Below, in pieces: positions 11,712 through 23,389 of a stretch of DNA of 64,000 nt (the stretch's first letter is position 1; each line of letters begins with the position of its first letter). A program made the position numbers and the translations under genes. Under the pieces are notes generated by a model. It ran no database searches, was not told where the DNA came from, and saw only the letters and a list, made by a program, of their open reading frames with translations. Source of the stretch: Octopus sinensis (taxonomy: Eukaryota); contig NC_043018.1 of NCBI RefSeq assembly GCF_006345805.1, forward strand, positions 7,874,001 through 7,938,000, read 5' to 3'.

Positions 11712-12128
11712 GGATCTTTTCGGTTTGAGCGACAGTTTTTTCTAGCGGTGTCATATGAAATTGTCACCCATAATTATGACCCTAGTATCGATCTATTGCA
11801 TTTCTATCTGTTTTAGGGTTAGGGTTAGGGGTGGGGGGAAGGGTATGTTTTTTTTCTTCACAAATGTAAATAAACCCAATCCGTTTCTTAAACGAGGGAC
11901 ATATTCATACGGCACAGAATGTTTTCACCTCAATAGACGTCATTGATTGGTTGAAATTGCAGAAATTGAAGAAGAAAAACAACAAATATCTTACAAACTA
12001 TAGAATTTTCTCAAGAAAGGCAAGAAAAAAGATGTTTTATAAACACATTCTACCAGTATACGAAGTTTAAAAGTGTTTAATTATGTGGAAATTATTTTAA
12101 AAAGCTGCCGCTCAAACCGAAAAGATCC
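11712..12128. mobile_element. GGATC-ended MITE (~415 bp, Merlin-like)
   Basis: TIR GGATCTTTTCGGTTTGA.CG.CAGTTTT; internal TTAGGG repeats. Family members at 21485-21903, 44981-45393, 52398-52628. Confidence 0.9.
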
Positions 12129-13079
12129 AATGACTTTCCCCAGAAACAACAGAATATGCTTCAACACACGAACTCACATAAAGAATCTGGCAAACCAAAT
12201 CCAAAAACGAAATTTACAATTATTGTTTTTCTAAAACGGGTACAAGGCCTAAAATATGGATGGGGTGTATATAATTGAATCAACTCCTGTACTTGACTGC
12301 CACTTTATTTTAACACCAGCCCCCACCATTTGAGATATGAAAGGCAAAGTTGACCAGAGCGAATTTTGAACTCAGAATATAAAGACCTGTAAGAAATGCC
12401 ACATAGCATTTTCTCCGGTATACTCTTTTACTTGTTTCAGTCATTTGACTGTGGCCATACTGGAGCACCGCCTTTAGTCAAGCAAATCGACCCTGGGACT
12501 TATTCTTTGTAAGCCCAGTACTTATTCTATCAGTCTCTTTTGCCGAACTGCTAAGTTACGGGGACATAAACACACCAGCATCGGTTGTCAAGCGATGTTG
12601 GGGGACAAACACAGACACACAAACACACACACACACACATATATATATATACACATACATATATATGACAGGCTTCTTTCAGTTTCCATCTACCAAATCC
12701 ACTCACAAGGCATTGGTGGGCCGGGGGCTATAGCAAAAGACACTTGCCCAAGATGCCACGCAGTGGGACTGAACCCGGAACCATGTGGTTGGTTAGCAAG
12801 CTACTTACCACACAGCTACTCCTGCGCCTAACGATTCTTATTTCTTTATTGCCCACAAGGGGCTAAACACAGAGGGGACAAACAAGGACAGACAAAGGGA
12901 TTAAGTCGATGACGTTGATACCAGTGCGTAATTGGTACTTAATTTATCGACCCCGAAAGGATGAAAGGCAAAGTCGACCTCGGTGGAATTTGAACTCAGA
13001 ACGTAGCGACAGACGAAATACCGCTAAGCATTTCGCCCAGTGTGCTAACGGTTCTGCCAGCTCACTGCCTTCACTTTCT

Positions 13080-13290
13080 GACAAGTTTATGGTTGAGCCT
13101 GTGGCAGTGAAGACCTCCAAGAATCCCTGCTTACTGCTATTGAGACAGAGATAGCTGTCTGCAAGTGGGAGCCCCATGCATCAGAGTGGATATTCCAGTG
13201 CATTTCCCTCACCATCTTCCATGGCAATGCCTTCTCCATTTTGTCTGTTGGGACTACAAGACAGTCTGAATTGCAAGAAATTCAGTGAAA
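13080..13290 (+). pseudogene. Decayed C-terminus of a restriction-like-endonuclease non-LTR retrotransposon (CRE-like)
   Basis: Frameshifted peptides EPVAVKTS and ASEWIFQCISLTIFHGNAFSIL resemble the P.A.ET.G...WL.QR.S.A..RGNA.SIL motif. Confidence 0.45.
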
Positions 13291-13524
13291 GTAAGAATTT
13301 TATAGTTTACTACACAATAAATTCATACAATCCCTTTTAAGAAAAAAAGAGAAGTTTAGGTACCTTATATATTTCTTTACTGCCCAGAAGGGGCTAAACA
13401 TAGAGGGGACAAACAAGGACAGACGAAGGAATTGAGTCGATTATATCTCCCCCAGTGCGAAACTGGTACTTTATTTATCGACCCCGAAAAGATGAAAGAC
13501 AAAGTTGCCCTCGGCAGAATTTGA

Positions 13525-14133
13525 AGAGTTAGACCCAGGAAAACCTGGGACGAGGTGGTGAAGAACGACCTTCGCGCTTTAGGTCTCACCGAGGAAATTA
13601 CCAGAGACCGAGACCTTTGGAAGTATGCTGTGCGCGAGAAGACCCGGCAGGACACGTGAGGCCATAACCCATGGCCCCTACCTGGGACGTAGTCAGTCCA
13701 CCTGTGCATACCTTTCTTCTTGGGACACATTACTATACTTGTGAAGACCTGTTGAGGCAAGTGAAAATCAAATCAAATCAAAATCGATGAACATCAATGG
13801 AATTTGTATTTTTGTGGTACCAGTGCCGGTGGCACATAAGAAAACCATCAGAACATGGCCGTAGCCAGTACCGCATCGACTGGCCTCCGTGCTGTGGGCA
13901 CGTAACAAACACCATCCGAGCGTGGCCGTTCGCCAGCCTCGTCTGGCACCTGTGTTGGTGGCACATAAAAAGCACCCACTACACTCACGGAGTGGTTGGC
14001 ATTAGGAAGGGCATCCAGCTGTAGAAACTCTGCCAGATCTGACTGGCCTGATGCAGCCTTCTGGCTTCCCAGACCCCAGTTGAACCGTCCAACCCATGAT
14101 AGCATGGAAAGCGGACGTTAAACGATGATGATG
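13525..14133 (+). mobile_element. RTE LINE 3' end (ORF C-terminus plus 3'UTR)
   Basis: [42 protein letters not shown] followed by UTR and GATGAT tail. Confidence 0.9.
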
Positions 14134-14489
14134 AACGTAACGACAGACGAAATACCGCTAAGCATTTCGCCCGGCATGCTAACGTGTCTGCAGCATTGCG
14201 AAACTACATCAAAACAAAATTTTTTGAAGATAACCTGGTGAAAATTTGTAAAACTTCACCTCCTCCCTAATCCATGCCTATTTCCTTTCTTCACTCTTAT
14301 TCAATTCCTGTCTCTAAATCATCTGTCACACTATTTTCATTCTAGTATACTTATCTACTCACCCACCTTTTCTGTTTTTCTATGTAATTCTGTCTCTCTC
14401 TCTCTCATATTCACCTTGTAACTTGGCCCACATCTCTCTCTCTTTCTCTCACCAACTGGGAAATTCATAGCAGTCCTTCTGTCAGAGTA

Positions 14490-14730
14490 GTCCCTCTATC
14501 ACAGCCGTCCCTCTATCACAGCAGTCGTTCTATCATAGCTGTACCTCTATCACAGCAGTCATTCTATCACAGCAGTCCCTCTATCATAGTAGTCCTTCTA
14601 TCATAGCCATCACTCTATCGGAGCAGTCGCTCTGACATAGCGGTCTCTCTACCATAGCCATCCCTCTATCATAGCTGTCCCTCTTCCTCTAGCAGAGCCA
14701 TTTCTTTATCACAGTTATCCCTCTATCATA
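14490..14730. repeat. Degenerate ~18-bp tandem repeat (gtccctctatcacagca-like)
   Basis: About a dozen diverged copies of CTCTATCA(C/T)AG. Confidence 0.8.
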
Positions 14731-15393
14731 CATTCATATCCCTCAACTTTATAACCCCACTCAGTTGAAGGGTTTTGTCATCTAACAACCTCATCTATGC
14801 TGGTGACACGAGAAATGTACCCAGTACATTCTGTGAAATGGTTGGCAATAGGAAGGACACCCAGCTGTAGAAAATCATGCCAAAGCAGATATTCAAGCTT
14901 GATGCAGGTCTTGGGTCGTCAGCTTCAGTTCAGCTGTTCGGCCCATGCCAGCATTGAAAAACAGATGTTAACCCTTTAGTGTTCAGAATACTCTGTTAAA
15001 TGTAATAGTTTTTCACTCAAATTGTTTTGAATTAATCATGCATTATCTTCTAGCTTTGAGGTTTCAATGATGTGATTGTTTATTTTCAGAATGGCATTGT
15101 AGGTTAGGAGTGAGAGGCTAGATATCGCCAGTTTGAATATAAAACATGTAGAATATATTGGGCCGGATTTAGCCGGTTTAAACACTAAAGGGTTAAATGA
15201 TGATGAGAGATATTCCCTAATGCTTTTTTTAATTTGCTTGGAACAATTCCCAAGCCTTTCAACTCACTTCTGCACATCATTATAATTATTTATTTGGTAT
15301 AAATAATTAGTCATAACAAGTACGCTATTATTGCTATGATAATTAGTACACAATTATCTTTGCTGTGGGAAACATTATCAAGTCTATTATATA

Positions 15394-15906
15394 TCTATAT
15401 ATATAAAACTGTAGTTGTGTGAGTGTCTGTCCCCTTCGATTTAGATTCCTAACTACTCCCACATTTTGCGGTGCAGTTTAACGAAATTTGGGTATCTTAT
15501 AGTCGTGATTCATATCAAGCCTGTCTGAGTATTAGCGCGCGTCTACGATGAGTCTACGATTTTAAAAATAATTTAACATCATTTTTTATTCCATTTTAAT
15601 GCATAATTTTTCGTGTGTCGATGGCAGCGGAGTTGGCGTTCATGGTCACACCTGCACCTGTTTGCTTCTCCCCCTTCTTCCCTCCTTCGTGAAGCTGTGG
15701 GGAAGGGAGTGTAAGGAAATCAACGTCGTAAAACGTTGTCAAGGAGACCAGCGTTCTTTTAGAACAACGACTTCATGGCTTGAAGACACCAAAACAGAAA
15801 TGGCTAAGAAAGCCCGAATTGGCATCTATAAGGGAAGTAACTCTCTAAAAATGCTTATATAGTTATTTCCCTTACAAACCCGAGCAACGCCGTGCGATAC
15901 TGCTAG
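15394..15906 (+). mobile_element. Non-autonomous Helitron-like element
   Basis: A|TCTATATATATAAAACTG start; subterminal gcaacgccgtgcgatactg then CTAG|T; no TSD. Confidence 0.75.
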
Positions 15907-15989
15907 TAACCTATATAAAAGATATATTATATTTATAAATGAGACAGGGCTAATTTAGCTGTTTCTCCATAGATTGGGAAAATGCTGAA

Positions 15990-16040
15990 CAACCTTAGTC
16001 AACTTTCGAGTCTTATTGGACTCTCATCAGAGATGTCTGC
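15990..16040 (-). ncRNA. Minimal type-I hammerhead ribozyme motif (canonical core)
   Basis: gacatct CUGAUGA GAGUC caauaa GACUC GAAA GU ug AC UA agguug: intact core, 5-bp stem II, CUA triplet. Confidence 0.75.
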
Positions 16041-16179
16041 ATGAATTTGACCAATACCAGAGGAACAAGCAGCCGATCTGTCTATTCAACAATTACAGTA
16101 GCTACAGAAAGCAGGGGCTACTAATTTACATACCATAGGTAGGTAGGTAGATAGAGATATAGATAGATAGATAGATAAG

Positions 16180-16550
16180 TTTCTTTATTAGCCACACAGG
16201 GCTGCACACTGAAGGGACAAATTACAAGGTAGAGCTTTTCTTTTGGGGGATGAAAAAAAGTGGCATAGGTTTTCGATCAAAAGGGATCGTAAAAGGGAAA
16301 AAAGAAAAAAGGGGAAGAGGAAAAAAAACGATCAATAGGGATTGTGTATCACAGTGTCATGATGTACGGTGTAAAGGGGGAAGCAGATAAGGTTTATCCG
16401 TGGGAAGAAAAGCCTACGAAAAAGACCACGGTAACCTTGGTCAATATTGTTATATGTTACCACATTTGTTTGCAAGTGGGTAACCCTCTGTTTTAAATTT
16501 CCGGGTTCATAGGATTATGCTCAAGGTGGCTTCGTCATTCATACGTGCCA
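16180..16550 (-). mobile_element. 3' end of a non-LTR retrotransposon (possibly L1/Tx1 group) between GATA/GGTA microsatellites
   Basis: Short ORF end (ARMNDEATLSIIL*), pyrimidine-rich UTR, AATAAAGAAA tail; family assignment inferred. Confidence 0.4.
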
Positions 16551-16955
16551 AGATAGGTAGGTAGGTAGGTAGGTTTAGGTAGGTAGGTAGATATTTGTAG
16601 GAAAACCTGTTGCATAAGCAAACTGTGACTGATTGAAAGCCAGTATTGATCTATGTTCAATGGGAATTCTTTGATTTTTGCTTGTTATTTTTTCTGTAAC
16701 AGTTAACAAAATAATGCATTTATTGATTGTAAAATAAATATCCTTATATCTTTTATAAATATCTGTTTATATATTATATTATACTCTACATTTTATATAC
16801 TATCTATTGTGAATAGCAGAATACATCTAATATTAATAATAATAATATTAGTAATAACGGAATATTATATATGCTTATGGATGTAGATGTGTATGTATAT
16901 TTCAGTATATATAAGTAGTCATGTGTTACTATATATGTATGTATATTTATATCTA

Positions 16956-17014
<59 letters not shown>

Positions 17015-17168
17015 ATATATATATATATATATAATATATATTCAAATGTGTGTGTATTTTGTTTATTTTATATTTATATTTATATTTATTATTAGGGCCT
17101 GGCATGTAACTAATCCTTTCCTTGAAACCACCAGCAACCAAACCTTCATATATGTATGTGTGTGTGTG

Positions 17169-17209
<41 letters not shown>

Positions 17210-18123
17210 ACATATAAGGGATGACCATAATAGGACATCCGACTCACTAGAAAGAGCAGTTAAACTCCAAACCACTAATAGTTGTAATTCTGAAATGGAA
17301 AGAGAAATAAAAACGTTTACCCTCTCCTTTCTGGACTATGCATAGTTTTGGCAATCTTTAGTAAATAAAATAAATTTATTTACAACTGGTGTGCCTCTTC
17401 AGCAGAAAGCCAAGGACTACCATATAGTCACGAAGCGATAATAACCATGCCTCGAGTCTATATGCTATAACTTTTCAAAATCCACCACACTCGCGCGGTT
17501 TTCAAGGCAGCAAATATAAACTGCCGATTTAATTTCAAAATTAGCCAAAAAATCATTAATTAATAAATTTTAGGGTAGCAAAATCTTCTAGAAAAATTCT
17601 CCGCTACCAGCGGTCAAGTGTGAAAGGAAAAATAGTCAACAGACTATATAATATACATTCAAACATATTATTAATATATATATATATACATACGAGCAAA
17701 AGACCCCCCCCCCGTCCAATGGACGGTGCTGAGTTCTCAAACATTTAAACCAAATTTTCTCAAAACAACTTGTCCGACCGTCCCATAGGCCTCCCCCTTG
17801 AGAAACACTGATTTAACCTAAATTTAAGACACCAGCAAAAGAAGAAATAAAGATATACTTTTTTTCTATTCCAAAGAAAAATATGCAACCGAAGAGTTTA
17901 AAGTACCAGTAAGTACATCGCAACAGCTGATGTACTTGCGCATACAAATGAATGTTCCCACGGCTTTATTGATCGCATTCTCACCTGGAATCGAATTTTG
18001 TAATTTTTTCAAGATTTATACATGCCCTGATACCGTCGGTATCTACATATCAAATTTGAGTGCAATCAGATGGAGGATGCCCAAGATACTAAAAGACACA
18101 CACACACACAGACAGACAGAAGG

Positions 18124-18159
<36 letters not shown>

Positions 18160-18219
18160 GAAATATTAAAATTACTAAGTCTCTCTAAAAGAGAACAACG
18201 GCAGCGTTCCCGGAAAATA

Positions 18220-18574
18220 ATAGTTATCGCCATACTAATATGGCATTCTTATAAAAATAAGAATAAAGCTGTCCGCTTATTAGCTCCATGAGGCCATCGC
18301 CTTAAGTTACCTATTTGATACACAAACTGTATCCATATAACCTTCGAACAAGGGAGGTCTGGCTACGCTGCACTGAAAAGGGGCAATACCCCGAAACGCG
18401 TCTGTAGCTGCCGGTCAAGTAGTGTGGAGCGACTGACCTCCCTTGTTCGAAGGTTATATGGATACAGTTTGTGTATCAAATAGCTAACTTAAGGCGATGG
18501 CCTCATGGAGCTAATAAGCGGACAGCTTTATTCTTATTTTTATAAGAATGCCATATTAGTATGGCGATAACTAT
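18220..18574. repeat. 355-bp palindrome (140-bp arms, one mismatch) with a hammerhead-like motif in the 75-bp loop
   Basis: Arm 18220-18359 is inverted at 18435-18574; followed by (TA)n. Confidence 0.95.
18367..18408 (+). ncRNA. Hammerhead-like motif with G8-to-A core change
   Basis: gcugca CUGAAAA GGGG caaua CCCC GAAAC gc GUC uguagc: 6-bp stem I, 4-bp stem II, palindromic ACGCGU stem III, GUC triplet. Confidence 0.6.
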
Positions 18575-18958
18575 ATATATATATATATACTCTTTTACTT
18601 GTTTCAGTCATTTGACTGCGACCATGCTGGAGCACCGCCTTTTAGTCGAGCAAATCGACCCTGGGACTTATTATTTGTAAGCCCAGTACTTATTCTATCG
18701 GTCTCTTTTGCTGAACTGCTAAGTGATGGGGACGTAAACACACCAGCATCGGTTGTCAAGCAATGCTAGGGAGACAAACACATACACACACACATATATA
18801 TTTACATATATACGACAGTTTCCGTCTACCAAATCCTCTCACAAGGCATTGGTCGGCCCAGTGCTATAGCAGAAGTCACTTGCCCAAGATGCCACACAGT
18901 GGGACTGAACCCAGAACCATGTGGCTGGTTAGCAAGCTACTTATCACACAGCCACTCC

Positions 18959-19029
<71 letters not shown>

Positions 19030-19218
19030 CTCTCTCTTTGGAGAGGCACAAGCACCTACACGCACATATACACACACGGCAGTAACTCCGCCTGCCGAAT
19101 TCAATCACAAAGCTTTGTCGGCCCGGGGCTATAGCGGAAGACACCTACCCAAAGTGCCACACAGTGGGACTGAACCCGAAACCATGTAGCTAGGAAGCAA
19201 GCTCCTTAACCACACAGC

Positions 19219-19303
<85 letters not shown>

Positions 19304-20183
19304 CAGACAGACATGTACTCATACACATATACATATAGGTATGTATGTGTATATGTGACTGTGTCGTAAGAGGCTTCCTTCCCAACCACATGGTTCCAGG
19401 TTCAGTCCCACTACATGGCACTTTGGGCAAGTGTCTTCTATAGCCTCAGGCTGACCAAAGCCTTATGAGTGAATGTGGTAGACGGAAACTGAATGAAGCC
19501 TGTTTGTGTGTATTTGTTTGTTCCCCTCCCTCCATCGCTTGACAACCAATGTTGGTGTGTTTACGTCTCGTAACTTAGTGGTTTGGCAAGAGAGACTGAT
19601 AGAATAAGTACTAGGCTTACAAAGAATAAGTCCTGGGGTCAATTTGTTCGACTAAAGGTGGTGCTCCAGCATGGCCGCAGTCAAATGACTGAAACAAGTA
19701 AAAGTGTAAAAGGAAGGAACATATATACATATAAAACCACCTATGGCTTGTCATCCGGTGTTGGGTTGTTTGCATTCCTGTAACTTAGTCTGCAAATGAG
19801 ACTAATAGAATCAGTACTAGGTTTTAAAATAAGTCCTGAGGATGACTTGTTCGACCAAACCTTTCAATCTGGTGCTCCAGCATGGCTGCAGTTGAATGAT
19901 TGAGACAAAAGATAAAAGTATAAAATTACACAGTGAAAGTTTAATTATAATTTACCTTGAGAGAGGGAGGAAGAGAGGAGGAAGAGGAGAGAGAAGAAGG
20001 CATAGAAAGAAAGACAGAGGTGCAGGAGTGGCTGAGTGGTAAGTAGCTTGTTTACCAACCACATGGTTCCGAGTTCAATCCCACTGCGTGGCACCTTGGG
20101 CAAGTGTCTTCTACTATAGCCTCAGGCCGACCAAAGCCTTGTGAGTGGATTTGGTAGACGGAAACTGAAAGAAGCCTGTTGTA

Positions 20184-20215
<32 letters not shown>

Positions 20216-20267
20216 CGGAGATGTACTCGCATAGCAAGTAATTTGATCTGAGATCGTGTGCTGAAAC

Positions 20268-20341
<74 letters not shown>

Positions 20342-20707
20342 TATGTGTGTGTGCATGTATCCCCCCAACATCGCTTGACAACTGATGCTGGTGTGTTTAC
20401 ATCCCTGTAACTTAGCGGTTCGGCAAGAGACGCCGATAGAATAAGTACTAGGCTTACAAGTAATAAGTCCTGGGGTCGATTTACTCGACTAAAGGCAGTG
20501 CTCCAGCATGGCCACAGCCAAATGACTGAAACAAATAAAAGAATAAGAGGTGAGGGAGAGAGAAGAAAGAGAGAGTGAATAAAAGAGAAAGTAAGAGAGG
20601 GAGGGGTGAGAAAGAGAGAGAGAGAGAGAGAGGAATTTACCGTTCTGGGATTATTTTCCCAAGCTGCGACACCTGAAAGATGAGGTCATCAATGTTGTCC
20701 GACCCCT

Positions 20708-20975
20708 AATAATAATATATAATAATAATGAAATTATTGTATACAGTGCTCAGGTGCACCACAACTTGTCAGAAAGTGTGTATAAAGTATATGCAGTAAT
20801 GTACAAATGCCTGGGAAGTGAACAATGTATGAGTCAGATACATTCTTGTGTGTGCATGGAGGGGAGAAAATCAGGTGTAGTGTTGGCGAATCTCAGGAAG
20901 CATGGAAGTTTTGAAGGATGCAGTGCTCCGACAACTAACAACTGATGCTGGCAGCTTGTTCCATGCTTCAGTAGT
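20708..20975 (-). mobile_element. CR1-group LINE 3' fragment
   Basis: Near-identical to 5503-5745. Confidence 0.85.
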
Positions 20976-21484
20976 GTCAGAATGCAAGTGTGGGCGCCAA
21001 CCAATTTCTTTTGTGTTTTTTTTTTTTTTTACATTTAAATTCAAATTCCTATATAATAGTACTCTACAGTACTTATTTATAAAGGATTGTTTCTTGTATT
21101 CTACAAAGTTAACTGTAGAAATTTAATAAAAAAACATCAATTTTTCTGAAAATTATGAGGAAATAAAGTCGTGGGGGTACACATGTGTAGGTATACTTCA
21201 AGAACTTGATTGTATAACATGTCATTTCTTTACTTAAAATAAAACCGACAGCAGAGTAAGTATTTACCTGTTTGGCTGTTATTTCTAGCAAGTCGAATCA
21301 AATGGCATGATCCTCACACCCTTATGAAAAACTCAGCTGGGAAGGGAATTAAACCTGTTTTACTTTTCAAAAAAGCAAGAGTTATGTCCCTTGCTCCAGT
21401 TTTATTCCTGTTTCACTCTTGTGGATCTCCATAACCAACCGATGTTTAAAAACATCTTATTCTATTTTCATAATTACATATTTT

Positions 21485-21903
21485 GGATCTTTTCAGTTTG
21501 AACGGCAGTTTTTTAAAATAATTTCCACGTAACTAAACACTTTTAAACTTCGTATACTGGTAGAATGTGTTTATAAAACATCTTTTTCTCTTGGCTTTAT
21601 TGAGAAAATTCTATAGTTTGTAAGATATTTGTTGTTTTTTTTCTTCAATTTCTGCAATTTCAACCAACCAGTGACATCTATTGAGGTAAAAAACATTCTG
21701 TGCCGTATGAATATGTCCCTCGTTTAAGAAACAGATTGGGTTTATTTACATTTGTGAAGAAAAAAAACATACCCTTCCCCCCACCCCTAACCCTAACCCT
21801 AAAACAGATTGAAATGCAATAGATCGATACTAGGGTCATAATTATGGGTGATAATTTCATATGACACCGCTAGAAAAAACTGCCGTTCAAACCGAAAAGA
21901 TCC
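21485..21903. mobile_element. GGATC-ended MITE, opposite orientation
   Basis: Both TIRs present; perfect 8-bp TSD CATATTTT. Confidence 0.9.
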
Positions 21904-21932
21904 CATATTTTTTTTAAATAAATATTATCAGT

Positions 21933-22243
21933 GAAGGCGCATGGCTCAGTGGTTAGAGCGTCGGGTTCAATATAATAAGGTCGTGAGTTCGATTCCCGGA
22001 CCTTGCTGTGTGTTGCGTTCTTGAACTAAACACTTTATTTTATGTTGCTCCAGTTCACTCAGCTGTAGACATGAGTTGCGATGTCACTGGTGCCAAGCTG
22101 TACTGTCCTCTCCCTTGGATAACGTTGATGGCGTGGAGAAGGAAGCTGGTATGCATGGGTGACTGCTAGTCTTCCATAAACAGCCTTACCTGGACTTGTA
22201 CATCAGAAGATAACTTTCTAAGGGCAATCCCATGGTCATTCAT
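21933..22243 (+). mobile_element. tRNA-headed SINE family C
   Basis: Box A TGGCTCAGTGG, box B GTTCGATTCC, body gttgctccagttcactcagctg. Also 44471-44792(-) and partial 34420-34580. Confidence 0.85.
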
Positions 22244-22989
22244 AGACAGCTATGTGCAATGTGTTACGCCTAGTCTTTGTTTTAATGTCTACTTTTCCAT
22301 GATTGCATGGGTCAGAGGAAATTTGTTAAGGCAAGTGGATGCACTTCCTGCCACTAACCTTTGTTGCCAAGTAAGATAACATTTCCCCTTGACTAGACAT
22401 GTTTTCACATAGAATTTGATAAGTAGGACACTGTTTTATGGTGGTAACACTAGTTTACAACTTTCACATGATGTCCAGGCAAAGAGACAAACACTCGCAC
22501 ACACACGCATGTGCACAGATACACACACACATGCGTGCGTACATGCACACACACAGATCAACCAAATCCACTCACAAAATTTTGGTTGGTCCCAGGCTAT
22601 AGCTGACTACATGTTTCCAGGTGTCACAAAACAGGACTAATCACAGAGCTATGCAGTTGGGAAGTAAACTTCTTACCACACAGGCACACCTGTGACATTC
22701 CCCTTACCAAAAAGGAAAACTATAAGTGTCACTAACTATGACTAGGGTGTTAGAATACCTACATTGCTAGAAGTAATAGCTAAAAAACTCTAATGCTGTA
22801 GTTAAAGCACACAATTGTACATATATTGTACACATAGGCGCAGGAGTGGCTGTGTGGTAAGTAGTTTGCTTGCCAACCACATGGTTCCGGGTTCAGTCCT
22901 ACTGCGTAGCACCTTGGGCAAGTGTCTTCTACTGTAGCCCCGGGCCGACAAAAGCCTTGTGAGTGGATTTGGTAGACGGAAACTGAAAG

Positions 22990-23354
22990 AAGTCTGCGAA
23001 ATCGAATTGAACCAGCCAGGATCCCTGGTCTGGTGGTACGTAAAAAGCACTATCCGACTCGTGGCCGATGCCAGCGCCGCCTCGACTGGCTTCCGTGCCG
23101 GTGGCACATAAAATACACCAATCCGACCGTGGCCATTGCCAGCCTCGCCTGGCACCTGTGCAGGTGGCACATAAAAAGCACCCACTACACTCACGGAGTG
23201 GTTGGCGTTAGGAAGGGCATCCAGCCGTAGAAACACTGCCAGATCAGACTGGAGCCTGGTGCAGCCTTCTGGCTTGCCAGATCCCTGGTCGAACCGTCCA
23301 ACCCATGCTAGCATGGAGAACGGACGTTAAACGATGATGATGATGATGATGATG

Positions 23355-23356
<2 letters not shown>
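22990..23356 (+). mobile_element. RTE 3'UTR fragment inserted inside a SINE A copy
   Basis: Interrupts SINE A after gaaagaag; SINE resumes at (TG)n tttgtccccc. Confidence 0.85.

Positions 23357-23389
<33 letters not shown>

Noticed and set aside
11812-11830. Interstitial telomere or chromosome fusion site
   Set aside because: Only 2-3 TTAGGG units, and they are an internal part of a multi-copy MITE.
21933-22005. tRNA genes here and at 26751, 44720-44792 and other heads
   Set aside because: Box A/B are present, but there is no complete cloverleaf and each continues into a repeated SINE body.
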